Shown here in pieces: positions 13,877-26,670 of a stretch of DNA of 64,000 nucleotides. The stretch lies in contig NW_027142279.1 in assembly GCF_036365525.1 (NCBI RefSeq), positions 310,001 through 374,000 on the forward strand, written 5' to 3'. The number at the start of each line of letters is the position of its first letter. Positions within the stretch are counted from its first letter, which is position 1. The notes under the pieces were generated by a model that had not been told where the DNA came from, searched no databases, and saw only the letters and a list, made by a program, of their open reading frames with translations. A program made the position numbers and the translations under genes. The stretch comes from Heterodontus francisci (taxonomy: Eukaryota).

Positions 13877-13972
13877 ATGAAGCACATGTTCCAGGATCAG
13901 TGTCCACACACGAAGCTCGAATTGGATCCAGAAGACGTTCAGTGCTCGGCTAGTGAGCCTGTGGGAGTGTGA
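13877..13972 (+). CDS. Terminal exon of unidentified gene (MKHMFQDQCPHTKLELDPEDVQCSASEPVGV*)
   Basis: Long pyrimidine tract + tgcag| acceptor; phase 0 matches the preceding donor; stop TGA 13970-13972. Confidence 0.5.
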   Translation: MKHMFQDQCPHTKLELDPEDVQCSASEPVGV

Positions 13973-14599
13973 AGGAGTTTGGACATGTCAACAAGCATCC
14001 GACACGTGTGATCCAGTCTCTGTGTGTTTTACATCCTCACTCAATCACTGTACCATCTTATCTTCACCTTGTTTAACTCAAGGAAATTGTCAGCAAAGGG
14101 TTAATCTCCGACTAGAAGTATGCTAATGTTAAACTGTAATTGGTGTGTCTTTATACTGCAGGGGTGTGGGAGCTTTAAGCTATTGCTTTGTTAAATAGAG
14201 AAGTACGATCCCATTTGTATACAGTGACCACTGGTCAGCTGAACCCAGACAAACCTGACAGCTCTGGCCAGTTTCAGGATGAAGTGATCTCAGGTTTAAT
14301 GAGGGAGTTTCTTTAAAGATCTACCATTGAGTAGAGGTCCCGAAGTTTCATGGAGCTGTCAGCACTGAGAATTGGGGCAAGGAAAACAGTTCGTCCTTGT
14401 CCAAGGAGAACCTCAGGGTAGATAACATCTTTTAAATTGAGGGTTCATGCAGAATGGGGGATCGGTTAATGCTGAACTTTGCAGAATCAAAATATATTGA
14501 AAAGGAAAGCTTTCAGAGAGTGCAAAGCATTTATGTGTGGCATATGTCAAATGTTTAATAACAAAGGAAGGGAGTTGTACTGAGCTCAGGAACCTAATG

Positions 14600-15130
14600 T
14601 CGACAACACTCCATCTCAATAACACCTCTGTGAATGCTTCCATTGTCTCTGCTCTGCCACACTGCTTGTCTAACATCCAATACTGGATGAGCAGATATTT
14701 TCTCCTACTAAATATTGGGAAGACTGAAGCCATTGTCTGTGATCCCCGACACAAATGTCATTCTTGGACCACCGACACCATCTCTGGTACCTGTCTGAAA
14801 CTGATCAAGACAGTTTTTAGCCTTTGTTGTTGTGTTTGACCCCGAGATGAGTTTTCGACCACATATCCACACCATCACCAAGACTGTCCATTTTGCACCT
14901 CCATACCATCTCTCGACTCCGCCCCTGCTTCAGCTCATCTGCTGCTGGAACCCTCATCAGTGCCTCTGTTACCTCGAGCCTGGACTATTCCAATACTCTC
15001 CTGGCCAACCGCACATCTTTCACACTTCCTGATCTTATCCTCATACAAACATTTGCTGCCTGTGTCTTCACTCACTCCGAACCCTGTTCAAACATAACCC
15101 CTGGAACTATTGCCATTCACTGACTCCCTG
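14600..15130 (+). mobile_element. L2-clade LINE fragment (RT C-terminus)
   Basis: LSNIQYWMSRYFLLLNIGKTEAIV, FDPEMSFRPHI, ISRLRP..VTSSLDYSNTLLA. Confidence 0.8.
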
Positions 15131-15312
15131 CTCCTCTCCAATTTCCCAATATTAACATCCTGATTAGTCTGTTGAACTGTTGTGAAATGACTCATTGGTC
15201 ACAACTCTCCAGTGTAACAATGTAAAACGTCTGCAATAAGTGAACATGGCTGCGTATCTTCCATTGATGGACATTCAAACAAGGAGAGCTGCAGCATGGA
15301 AAGGCCTTTTAT

Positions 15313-15683
15313 CGTGTTTGACTCCCTGACCACCCAGTGTGATTGTAAATCTGATTGTAAACTGTGTGTTTACAGTTTTATTGCATTCTCTGTCTGCTCA
15401 ATATATCTGTGAACGCTAAACCTGACCGTCTCAAGAAGCTGATTGATTTTGCTGGAATGGCTTTCCCATCTGATCATGGAAATCCAGTGTTTTTTTGTTC
15501 TGGGAGGGAACACTCACTGTTAAATGATTGCTAAGGGCTGAGATCAGAAGGGATGTGACTGTACGTGGTGGGACTGCCCAGCATTCCCCAAACCTTGTGC
15601 TACTCCATTCTATTCTGGTCTGTGCTTCCACCCTGGATAATCCAGCTCATTCAAGGCCTGACAGAGGAAAATGAGAAATCCTG
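15313..15683 (-). repeat. Left arm of inverted duplication (partner 26671-27032)
   Basis: Reverse complement aligns by eye over ~370 bp to 26671-27032. Confidence 0.85.
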
Positions 15684-15684
15684 A

Positions 15685-17290
15685 CCTTTCAAAAGGCATT
15701 TGATACAGTTCCACACATCAGACTTGTGAGCAAACATGTAGCTCTTGGAATACATAGGACGGTAGCAACATGGATTACGAAATTGGCTGAGTGACAGGAA
15801 ACAGAGAATAGTGGTTAATGGATGTTTTTCGGGCTGGAGGAAGGTTTGTAGTGGACTTCCCCAGCGATCAGTGTTGGGACCCTTGCTTTTCCTGATATAT
15901 ATTAATGTCCTAGACCTCGGAGTACAGGGCACAATTTCAAAATTTGCAGATGAGACGAAACTTGGAAGCATTGTGAACTGTGAGGAGGATAGTGTAGAAC
16001 TTCAAAAGGACATAGACAAGTTGGTGGAATGGGCGGACAAGTGACAGATGAGGTTCAATGTGGAGAAATTTGAAGTGATTAATTTTGGTAGCAAGAACAT
16101 GGAGAGACAATATCGAATCGAGGTTACAATTCTAAAGGGGGTGAAGGAGCAGAGAGACCTGTGTGTATCTGTGCATCAGTCATTGAAGATGGCAGGACTG
16201 GTTGAGAGAGTGGTTGATAAAGCATACAGTATCCTGGGCTTTATTAATAGGGGCATAGATTACAAGAGCAAGGAAGTTATGTTGAACCCGTATAAGACAC
16301 TAGTTTGTCCTCAGCTGGAGTATTGCCTCCAATTCTAGGTGTTGCACTTGAGAAAAGATGTGAGGGCATTTGAGAGAGTACAGACGAGATTCACAAGAAT
16401 GGTTCCAGGGATGAGGAATTTCAGTTATGAAGATAGATTGGAGAAGTTAGGACTGTTTTCCTTGGAGAAGAGAAGGCTGGGAGGTGATTTGAGAGAGCTA
16501 TTCAAAATCATGAGGGGCCTGGACAGAGTAGACACTGTTCCCACTCGTGAAATTATCGAGAACGAGAGGGCACCGATTTAAAGTATTTGGTAAGAGAAGC
16601 AAAAGTGACATGGGGAAACAAGTTTTCATGCAGCGAGTGGTTAAGGTCTGGAATGCGCTGCCTGGGAACATGGTGGAGGCAGATTCAACTGAAACATTTA
16701 AAATAAAATTAGACAGTTACATGAAATGGAAGAATTTGCAGGGTTACAGGAAGAGGCCGGGGGAGTGGAACTGAGGGAGTTGCACTTTCAGAGAGCCGGT
16801 GCAGACACGATGGGCCGAATGGCCTCCTTCTGCGTGGTCACAATTCTGTGATTCTTTGATTATTATGAGGAATGTTTGAAGAGGTTGGGCAGATACTCAT
16901 TGGAGTTTAGAAAAATGAGCCACGTAAGATTCTGAGGGGGCTTGACTGGGTAGATGCTGAGTGGATGTTCCTTCTCGTTTGGGAATCTAGAACGAGGCGT
17001 AACAATTTCAGAATAAGGGGGTCTTGCATTTAAGACGGAGATGCGGAGGATATTTTTCTCTCAGAGGATTGTGAGTCTGTGGAACTCTGTTCTCTGGAGA
17101 GCAACGGAGGCTGGGTCATTGAATATATTCAAGCCTGAGTTTGACAGATTTTGATTCTACAAGGGTGTCATGGTTATGGAGGGCAGAAAGGAAAGTGGAG
17201 TTAAAGCTGCAATCAGATCAGTCATGAACTTATAGAATGGCTGAGCAGGCTCGAGGGGCCGAAAGGCCTACTCCTTGCTCCCATTTCTTA
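15685..17290 (+). mobile_element. CR1 LINE RT/3' fragments (two adjacent copies)
   Basis: FQKAFDTVPH, SGLPQRSVLGPLLFLIYIN, ISKFADETKL, YKTLVCPQLEYC; two CR1 tails. Confidence 0.92.
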
Positions 17291-17974
17291 TAACCTTACT
17301 GACTGCCCAATTCAATATCAGGGTCGTTAAAGTCTCAAATCATCACATAATTTTTTTCACCCCTCAGTTATTTCTTTACAGCTCTGCTCCTCTATGTCCT
17401 TCCTGCTCTATGGCAGCTGATAAAATACCTGCAAAGTAAAAATGTTTTTCCGAAGATGCTCACAGTCGGAGAACAGTGGACTGTTCATATCAGAGGCACA
17501 GACAAGATCTCCCACAGGCCACAGGTACACATTCAGCAACATATGCAAACAACAATGAGCAAAGCCAGAGAGCTGGGAGAAGGCTTTTGTAGGCAGGACA
17601 CGCGACATTGTGAGGCCCCTGAGCAGATATCAATGTCCCTGCTGCTGTGCCCCTGACATTGGGACTGAAATGAATTTGCATTTACAGTCAAGCATTGCCC
17701 AGATTACATTGCAGAAAGATGAATGAATTCTGCCCACTTGAGGGAGTTATTGAGAGATCCCTCGCCCACGACTGACACATTGCACCAATGGGAAAATACT
17801 GCAGATGCTGGAACTCTGAAACACAAACAGAAGATTGAGTAGGTCTGGCAGCATTTGTGGAGAGAGAAACAGAGTTAACGTTTCAGCTTGGTCAGCCTTC
17901 TTCAGAACGGCAATGGTGAGAGATAGTACAAATGTTAATAAAGTACAGAGGCAGGGAAAGGGACAAAACAGCAA

Positions 17975-19775
17975 TTTATAATACTGTCGCACCTTTAATG
18001 TAATAAAACCTGCCAAGGCTCTTCACAGGAGCATTATAAACACAGTATGAAACTGAGTGACATAAGGAAAGATTCGGTCAGACAATCAAAATCTCAGTCA
18101 AAGAGGTAAGTTTTAAGGAGAATTTTAAATTGAAAAGTGAGGTGGAGAGGCGGAGAGGTGTAGCGACGCAATTCCAGAGCTTAGGCCGCAGGCAACTGAA
18201 GGTGTGACCACCAATGGTTGAACAATTAAGGTCGGGGATGCTTAAAGGGCCAGAATTAGAGGAGTGCAGAGATTCCGGAAGGTTGTAGAGGCTGGAGGAC
18301 GTTACAGCGATAGGGAGGGCTGTAGGTGCTGATGAAGGTTACAGAGAGAGGGATGGCTGTCGGAGCTGGTGGATGTTACAGAGATAGGGAGGGTTGTAGG
18401 AGCTGGTGGAGGTTACAGAGATAGGGAGGGATGTAGGAGCTGGTGGAGGTTAAAGAGATAGGGAGTGCTGTTGGAGCTGGTGGAGGTTACAGAGATAGGG
18501 AGTGCTGTAGGAGCTGTTGGATATTACAGAGATAGGGAGGGTTGCAGAGACTGGTGGAGATTACAGAGATAGGGAGGGTTGTTGGAGATGGTGGAGGTTA
18601 CAGAGATAGGGAGGGTTGTAGAGACTGGTGGAGGTTACAGAGATAGGGAGGGTTGTAGGAGCTGGAGGAGGTTAACGCGATAGGGAGTGTTGTAGAGACT
18701 GGTGGAGGTTACAGAGATAGGGAGAGCTGTACGAGCTGGTGGATGTTACAGAGATAGGGAGGGTTGTTGGAGCTGGAGGAGGTTAACGCGATAGGGAGTG
18801 TTGCAGAGACTGGTGGAGGTTACAGAGATAGGGAGAGCTGTACGAGCTGGTGGAGGTTACAGAGATAGGGAGGGTTGTAGAGACTGGTGGAGGTTACAGA
18901 GATAGGGAGAGTTGTAGAGACTGGTGGTGATTACAGAGATAAGGAGGATTGTTGGAGCTGGTGGAGGTTACAGAGATAGGGAGGGCTGTCGGAGCTGGAG
19001 GAGGTTAACGCGATTGGAAGGGTTGTAGAGACTGGTGGAGGCTACAGAGATAGGGAGGATTGTTGGAGCTGGTGGAGGTTACAGAGATTGGGAGGGCTGT
19101 TGGAGCTGGAGGAGGTTAACGCGATAGGGAGGGTTGTAGAGACTGGTGCAGGTTACAGAGATAGGGAGGGCTGTAGGAGCTGGTGGATGTTACAGAGATA
19201 GGGAGGGCTGTAGGAGCTGAGGAGGTTAACGCAATAGGGAGGATTGTAGAGACTGGTGCAGGTTACAGAGATAGGGAGGGCTGTAGAAGGTCAACGCGAT
19301 AGGGAGGGGAAGGGCCATGGGGATTTCAGGACAAGGACGAGAAACTTAAAATGTGGATGTTGCTTGACTGGGAGACAATGTAGGGCAGTGAGAGCAGGAG
19401 TGACAGGGGATCAGGACTTGGAGCAACTTAAGACACAGGCAGAAGAGTTTTAGATGACCTCAGGTTTACAGAAATTGGGTGAGCATCAGGACTGCCTTGA
19501 CATTGTCAAGTCTAGAGCTGACAATGTCTTGAATGAGGGTTTCAGCCACATTTCAGCTGAAATTGGGGCGCGTTCGGGTGATCTTACAGAGGTGGAAATG
19601 TGCAGCGTTAGTGATGGTGCCTACATGAGGTCAGAAGCGCATCTCGGCGTCAAATGTGGCACCAGGATTTCGAACAGACTGGCTTAAACTCAGACCGCTG
19701 CCGGGGAGAGAGGTAGAGTCAGTAGTTAAGGAATGGAGTTTGGAGCGGAAACTGAAAACAGTAGCTTCAGTTATG
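17975..19775 (-). mobile_element. L2 LINE fragment with an internal ~33-bp minisatellite expansion (18290-19290, GTTACAGAGATAGGGAGGGTTGTAGGAGCTGGTGGAG-like)
   Basis: Reverse strand shows LSQSVRNPGATFDAEMRF; tandem unit derived from the L2 sequence itself. Confidence 0.75.
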
Positions 19776-19777
19776 AG

Positions 19778-22165
19778 GGCAGTACTGAGGGAGTGCTGCA
19801 CTGTCGTAGGGTCAGTACTGAGAGAGTGCTGTACTGTCAGAGGGTCAATACTGAGGGAGTGCTGCACTGTCAGAGGGTCTGTACTGAGGGAGTGCTGCAC
19901 TGTTGGAAGGTCAGTACTGAGGGAGCGCTTCACTCACAGAGGGTCAGTACTGAGGGAGTGCTGCACTGTTAGAGGGTCAGGACTGAGGGTGTGCGGCACT
20001 GTCGGAGGGTCAGTACTGAGTGAGTGCTGCACTGTGACAGGGCCAGTACTGAGGGAGTGCTGCACTGACAGAGGGTCAGTACTGAGTGAGTGCTGCACTG
20101 TCAGAGGGGAAAACTGAGGGAGTGCTGCACTGTCGGAGGGTCAGTACGGAGGGAGTGCTGCACTGTCCGAGGGTCAGTACTGAGTGAGTGCTGCACTGTC
20201 AGAGGGGCTAACTGAGGGAGTGCAGCACTGTGCGAGGGTCAGAACTGAGGGAGTGCTGCACTGTCAGAGGGACAAACTGAGGGAGTGCTGCACTGTTAGA
20301 GGGTCAGTACTGAGTGAGTGCAGTACTGTCAGAGGGTCAGTACTGAGGGAGTGCTGCACTGTCAGTGGATCAGTACTGAGGGAGTGCTGCACTGTGAGAG
20401 GAGCAGTACTGAGTGAGTGCTGCACTGTCAAGGGTCAGTACTGAGTGAGTGCTGTACTGTCAGAGGGTCAGTACTGAGGGAGTGCTGCACTGTCAGAGGG
20501 TCAGTACTGAGGGAGTGCTGCACTGTTATTGGGGCAGTACTGATTGAGTGCTGCACTGTCAGAGGGTCAGTACTGAGGGAGTGCTGCCCTGTCAGAGGAG
20601 CAGTACTGAGTTAGTGCTGCACTGTCAGAGGGTCAGTACTGAGTGAGTGCTGTACTGTCAGAGGGTCAGTACTGAGGGAGTGCTGCACTGTGAGAGGAGC
20701 AGTACTGAGTGAGTGCTGCACTGTCAAGGGTCAGTACTGAGGGAGTGCTGCCCTATCAGAGGAGCAGTACTGAGTGAGTGCTGCACTGTCAGAGGGTCAG
20801 TACTGAGGGAGTGCTGCACTGTGAGAGGGTCAGTACTGAGTGAGTGCTGCACTGTCAAGGGTCAGTACTGAGTGAGTGCTGCACTGTCAAGGGTCAGTAC
20901 TGAGTGAGTGCTGCACTGTCAAGGGTCAGTAGTGAGTGAGTGCTGCACTGTCAGAGGGGAAAACTGAGGGAGTGCTGCACTGTCGGAGGGTCAGTACGGA
21001 GGGAGTGCTGCACTGTCCGAGGGTCAGTACTGAGTGAGTGCTGCACTGTCAGAGGGGCTAACTGAGGGAGTGCAGCACTGTGCGAGGGTCAGAACTGAGG
21101 GAGTGCTGCACTGTCAGAGGGACAAACTGAGGGAGTGCTGCACTGTTAGAGGGTCAGTACTGAGTGAGTGCAGTACTGTCAGAGGGTCAGTACTGAGGGA
21201 GTGCTGCACTGTCAGTGGATCAGTACTGAGGGAGTGCTGCACTGTGAGAGGAGCAGTACTGAGTGAGTGCTGCACTGTCAAGGGTCAGTACTGAGTGAGT
21301 GCTGTACTGTCAGAGGGTCAGTACTGAGGGAGTGCTGCACTGTCAGAGGGTCAGTACTGAGGGAGTGCTGCACTGTTATTGGGGCAGTACTGATTGAGTG
21401 CTGCACTGTCAGAGGGTCAGTACTGAGGGAGTGCTGCCCTGTCAGAGGAGCAGTACTGAGTTAGTGCTGCACTGTCAGAGGGTCAGTACTGAGTGAGTGC
21501 TGTACTGTCAGAGGGTCAGTACTGAGGGAGTGCTGCACTGTGAGAGGAGCAGTACTGAGTGAGTGCTGCACTGTCAAGGGTCAGTACTGAGGGAGTGCTG
21601 CCCTATCAGAGGAGCAGTACTGAGTGAGTGCTGCACTGTCAGAGGGTCAGTACTGAGGGAGTGCTGCACTGTGAGAGGGTCAGTACTGAGTGAGTGCTGC
21701 ACTGTCAAGGGTCAGTACTGAGTGAGTGCTGCACTGTCAAGGGTCAGTACTGAGTGAGTGCTGCACTGTCAAGGGTCAGTAGTGAGTGAGTGCTGCACTG
21801 TTATTGGGTCAGTACTGAGTGAGTGCTGCACTGTCAAGGGTCAGTACTGAGGGAGTGCTGCACTGTCAGAGGGTCAGTACTGAGGGAGTGCTGCACTGTC
21901 AGAGGATCAGTACTGAGGGAGTGCTGCACTGTTATTGGGGCAGTACTGAGTGAGTGCTGCACAGTTAGAGGGTCAGTACTGAGGGAGTGCTGCCCTGTTA
22001 GAGGAGCAGTACTGAGTGAGTGCTGCACTGTCAGAGGGGCAGTACTGAGTGAGTGCTGCACTGTCAGAGCGGCAGTACTGAGGGAGTGCTGCCCTGTCAG
22101 AGGAGCAGTACTGAGTGAGTGCTGCACTGTCAGAGCGGCAGTACTGAGTGAGTGTTGCACTGTCA
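19778..22165 (+). repeat. 33-bp minisatellite (CAGTACTGAGGGAGTGCTGCACTGTCAGAGGGT) expanded from a DeuSINE
   Basis: Clear 33-nt period that runs directly into the DeuSINE body at 22165; contains an 850-bp near-perfect internal duplication. Confidence 0.9.
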
Positions 22166-22860
22166 GGAGCCCTCTTTCAGATGTGACGTTAAACAGAGAC
22201 TCCACCCTGCACAGTGGCGCAGTGGTTAGCACCGCAGCCTCACAGCTCCAGGGACCCGGGTTCGATTCCGGGTACTGCCTGTGTGGAGTTTGCAAGTTCT
22301 CCCTGTGTCTGCGTGCGTTTTCTCCGGGTGCTCCGGTTTCCTCCCACAAGCCAAAAGACTTGCAGGTTGATAGGTAAATTGGCCATTATAAATTGTCACT
22401 AGTATAGGTAGGTGGTAGGGAAATATATGGATAGGTGGGGATGTTTGTTGGGAATATGGGATTAGTGCAGGATGAGTATAAAATGGGCGGTTGATGTTCG
22501 GCACAGACTCGGTGGGCCGAAGGGCCTGTTTCAGTGCTGTATATCTAATATAAATAATATTAAAAAATCCTCTTACTCCCGTGGATATAAACAGTCCCAT
22601 TGGACTATTTTGAATAACAGCAGGGGAGTTCTCCTTGGTGTCCTGGCCAATAATTATCCCTCAATTAACGTCACTAATACAGATTACCTGGTCATTATCA
22701 CATTGCTGTTTGTGGGAGCTTGCTGTGGACAAATCAGCTGCCATGATTCTTACATTACAACAGTGACTGCACTGCAGCAAAACAAGCATTTCATTGGCTG
22801 TGACGCACTTTGGCAGGTGGTCGTGAGGGACGATATAAAATAGCCTGTCAATAACTCCCT
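22165..22860 (+). mobile_element. DeuSINE (SacSINE1/AmnSINE1-like) interrupted by an HE1 SINE
   Basis: ctttcagatgtgacgttaaac...caggggagttctccttggtgtcctggccaa..gtcattatcacattgctgtttgtgggagcttgctgtg matches the recalled Deu domain. Confidence 0.75.
22209..22555 (+). mobile_element. HE1-like V-SINE (tRNA-derived head, V domain, CR1-like tail)
   Basis: A box TGGCGCAGTGG, B box GGTTCGATTCC, ctccggtttcctccca V-domain, gggccgaagggcctg tail, A-rich end. Confidence 0.85.
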
Positions 22861-23499
22861 CTTTCTATTTGATATTGAAAGTCCAAGTGAATCGCTGTTT
22901 CACCTGGAAGGAGAGTTTGGGGTCCTGGACGGTTGCTGACATATTGAAGCAATTTATCATGAGAATGATCTGTCTGGGACACTCAGTGTCCATTTATGAT
23001 CTAATATACACAGCCTATTGCTCAATACTGACACATTACTGATATGGGAGGTATTTATCCTGTGAATATTTTATGTCAGATACTCAGTGTCCATTAATCT
23101 GAGAGGATACAGAGCACATTGCCCCAATATGATCCAGTACTGATGTCGTGCTAGTCAGATGAGTCTCACAGACTGAGGACAATGGACTGTTTAGATCAGA
23201 GGCACAGATAGGATCTCCCGAAAAGGCACCGGTACATATTCAGGTACATAGGCAAACAAGAGGGAAGACAGCCAGAGAGAGAGAGAGAGAGGGGGAGAGA
23301 GCTGTGAGAGTCGCTGTGCAACCAGGAAACGTGACATTGTGAAGCCTCTGCCCAGCTATCAATGGACCAGAGACTGACTGCTGGTCACACCCTAACATTG
23401 GGACAGTGATGGGACTGCGATGGGCTCTGTATTTAAATTTCAAGTCAAACATTGGCAAGGGTGTATTTCTCGAAGCATTAATCTGTATATCTGAGGGAG

Positions 23500-25250
23500 T
23501 TATTGATAGGCTATTGTCAAATACTGACCCATTACTGATATGGCTGGGATTAATATCAGAACCATAGCTAGGGGCTGATGGATTCAAACATGGAATTCTG
23601 GGAAAGCTGGGCACAGCTTGTTCCAGGATTTCGGAGAGGAAAGGGAGGTTGGAGATGGGACAGTATTTTGTAAGGACAGAGGAGTCAAGGGTTGCTTCTT
23701 TTGAAGGAGTCATCGAGTCATTTACGGCACTGAAGAAGGCCATTCGGAACATCGGGTCCATGCTGGCTCTCCACGGTGCTGTGCAATCAGTGCACTCCCC
23801 TGGCTCGATCCCTGTAGCCCTGTAAGTCTATTTCTCTCAGGTGGCTATCCGACTATCTCTTGAAGTCATTGATCATCTCCGCTTCCACCATCCTGTGGGC
23901 AGTGAGTTCCAGGTCATTAACACCCTTAGTGCAAATAAAATTCTTCCTTATATTCCCTGCATCTCTTACCCAAACCTTCAACCTCCTTATTGTACCATTA
24001 GTTAATGGGAACCAGTTTTCCTTGTCTGAGTTATCTGTACCCAATGCCTTTATTTATGAAGCCCAAGATCCCACATGCTTTCCTAACCAAGCTCTCACTA
24101 TGTCCTGCCACCTTCAAAGATGTGTGCACATACACCCCTAGGTCCCTCTGTCCCTGCACACTCTTTAGAACTGTGCCATTAAGTATATATTGTCTCTCCC
24201 TATTCCTTCTGCTAAAATGCATCACCTCACACTTGTCAGAATGAAATTCCATTGGTCACCTTTCTGCCCATTCTGCTCGTCTATCTATGACCTGATCCAG
24301 GCAGTTCATATCATCTTCACTGTTTGCTGCACCTCCAGGTTTGGTGTGGAGAGCAAATTTTGAGATTCTGCTCTGTATTTCAAGATCCAAGTCATTTATA
24401 TATAGCAGAAAAAGCAGTGGTCCCAGCACTGACCCATGGGGGAACACCAGTGACGACCACCCCTCAGTCAAAAAAGCAACCATTTACTACGATTCGTTGT
24501 TTCCTGTCCTGACGGCACTTTTTCACCCAATTGAACACTGACCCTCTCATCCATGAGCCTCAGTTGTGTTAACCAGCCTTTTCTGTGGTAAATTGTCAAG
24601 CGCTTTCTTAAAATCCACATAAACAACATCCACCACATTCACTCCATCGACCTTCTCTGTTGCTTCATCAAAGAATTTAATTAGATTAGTCAATAATGTT
24701 CTGCCTTTTGAAAATCCATGCTGGCTACCCTTAATTAAACTCGAACCTCTCTAACCGTCTATTGATTTTTCTCTGATTATTGTTTCTAGAACCAAACTCA
24801 TCAGTGATGTTAAACTAAGTGGCCTGTAGTTGCTCGGACTGTCCTTACACCCTTTCTTGAATATGGGTTTGCCACTCTGTCGTCTCTGGCACCTCCCCCA
24901 TAACCAGGGAAGATATAAAGATTACGGCAAGCCCTTCTTCTATCTCTTCCCCCCAATTCCTTTCGCAACCTGGGATACAAGTTATCTGAACCAGGTGACT
25001 TATCCACCCAAAGCATAGCCAGCCTTTTTAGTACCAGCTCTCAATTGTTATCCTATCCATTGCCTCTACTCTCTCTGCTTCGACAGATAATTTTCAGCCT
25101 CCAGTTCCTTCGGGAACACTGTTACAAAGTTCTCATTAAGTATATTAGCTTTGCCCTGTGCCTCAAAGCACATATTACTCTCTCCGTCCTTACTTGACCC
25201 CTCTTTACCTCTTACTACTCACTTACTATTTACGTGCTGGTAGAAGATCT
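23500..25250 (-). mobile_element. L2 remnant followed by a decayed CR1 LINE
   Basis: KYCPISNLPFLSEILE (L2); PHGSVLGPLLFLLYIND, MEFHSDKCEVMHF, VDKSPGSDNLYPR (CR1). Confidence 0.85.
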
Positions 25251-25419
25251 TTGAGCCCCTTTTATGAATCTCCCTCTCCGCTTTCCACATTGAGGCTGAA
25301 ATGGGCTTTGTTTGCAACGATTACATCATCCAGGTCTGATCAGATACTCGGAGCTTTTGTGAACAAATTCCCATCAACCTCAACAAGTTGTGCTATTTCC
25401 CCATTTGTCAGTGTTTTAC

Positions 25420-25860
25420 CCCCTTCTGATGTTGTTCAATTTGTTAGTGTTTTTCCCCTGCTGAAGTTGTTGCTGTATTTATTGTCTTTTTTTCACTGAA
25501 GTTGTTGTTGAACTTGTTGGTGTCTTTCCCCAGCTGAAGTTGCTGCTGCATTGCTTGATGTACTTCTCTGAAGTTGTTGGTGAAGTTGTAGGTGTTTCCC
25601 CTGCTGACGTTGTGAGAATATTAGTTGTTTTTTTAACTCCCCCCTTCCCCTAAAGTTGCTGGATTTGTTGGTGATTGCTTCCTGAAGTAGTTGTTGGATT
25701 TGTTGGTGTAATTTTCCTGTTGAAGTTGTTGTGATGTTTGTTTTTAATTCTCCTGAAGAAGTTGTTGAATTTGTTGGTGTCTTTCTGCTCCTGAAGTTGT
25801 TGTATTTGTTGTTCTTTTCCCCCATCCTGAAGTAGTTGTTGAATTCCCCTGTTCCTCCTG
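25420..25860 (-). repeat. CAA/TTG-rich minisatellite (TTG strand on +)
   Basis: ctgaagttgttgttgaatttgttggtgt units. Confidence 0.85.
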
Positions 25861-26059
25861 AACATGTTACACTCACCACCCCTCATGACTCAGCTTACAC
25901 TATAACTGTATCCCTGAGTGAAATCTCTCTAATGCGCAGGTAATATCTGCTTCCAGCGTCTCCTTGGGACCCTGTTCCACAGAGCGACCTCCTGCTCATT
26001 GAAATAACCTTTCTGCAGGTTCGTTTCCAGGTCAAATAATTAAAACATTAAGTAACTAT

Positions 26060-26670
26060 TACAACAAAGAGTATTGTCCCTTTTCCCTCAAGGGGGCTGG
26101 AATAGAAAGCACTGGATGTTGTGTTACTGTTGTATGCAGCTCGGATTAGACCCCTTCTGGAGAAACCATGTTCAGTTCTGTGCATCAAAACTCAGGAAGG
26201 ATGTCTCAGCCTTGGAAGTAATGACACCAGGTCTCAAAGGGTTAAATTAGCTTCACAGTTTGCATGGCCTAATGTCATATTCTCTTAAGTATAGGAGATT
26301 AAAGGGTGATCTCATTGAAATATTTAGGATGATTAAAGGATTCGATGGTGTTAATGGACAGAAACAATTTCCTCTGCTGGGGGAGTCCAGGGCAAGGTGG
26401 GGTGGGGCTGTTCAGGAGTGATGTCAGGAAACGCTGGTTCACACAGCTGGTAGTGGAAATCTGGAATTCTCTCCCTCAAAAGTTCTGCAGATGGGGGTGT
26501 GAGAGGGGTTAATCAGACATTACAAAGCAGAGCTTGCTAGATTGATGTTAGGTGAGGGTATTAAATGATATGGAACCCAGATGGGCAAATGGAAATAAGT
26601 TGTAGATGATCGATGATCTCCCTGAATGGCGGAACAAGCTTGAATGGGCCGAATGGCCCATTCCTGCTGC
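26060..26670 (+). mobile_element. Decayed CR1 3' fragment
   Basis: gtagtggaaatctggaattctctccc and gggccgaatggcc tail. Confidence 0.75.

Noticed and set aside
17674-17681. Ig-type octamer ATTTGCAT
   Set aside because: No associated leader or V exon; a single 8-mer is expected by chance.
22209-22280. tRNA-like sequence
   Set aside because: It is the tRNA-derived head of an HE1/V-SINE, continuing into the SINE body.
19631-22377. Cys-rich 'RECCTVRGSVL' repeat ORFs
   Set aside because: Translation of the 33-bp SINE-derived minisatellite.
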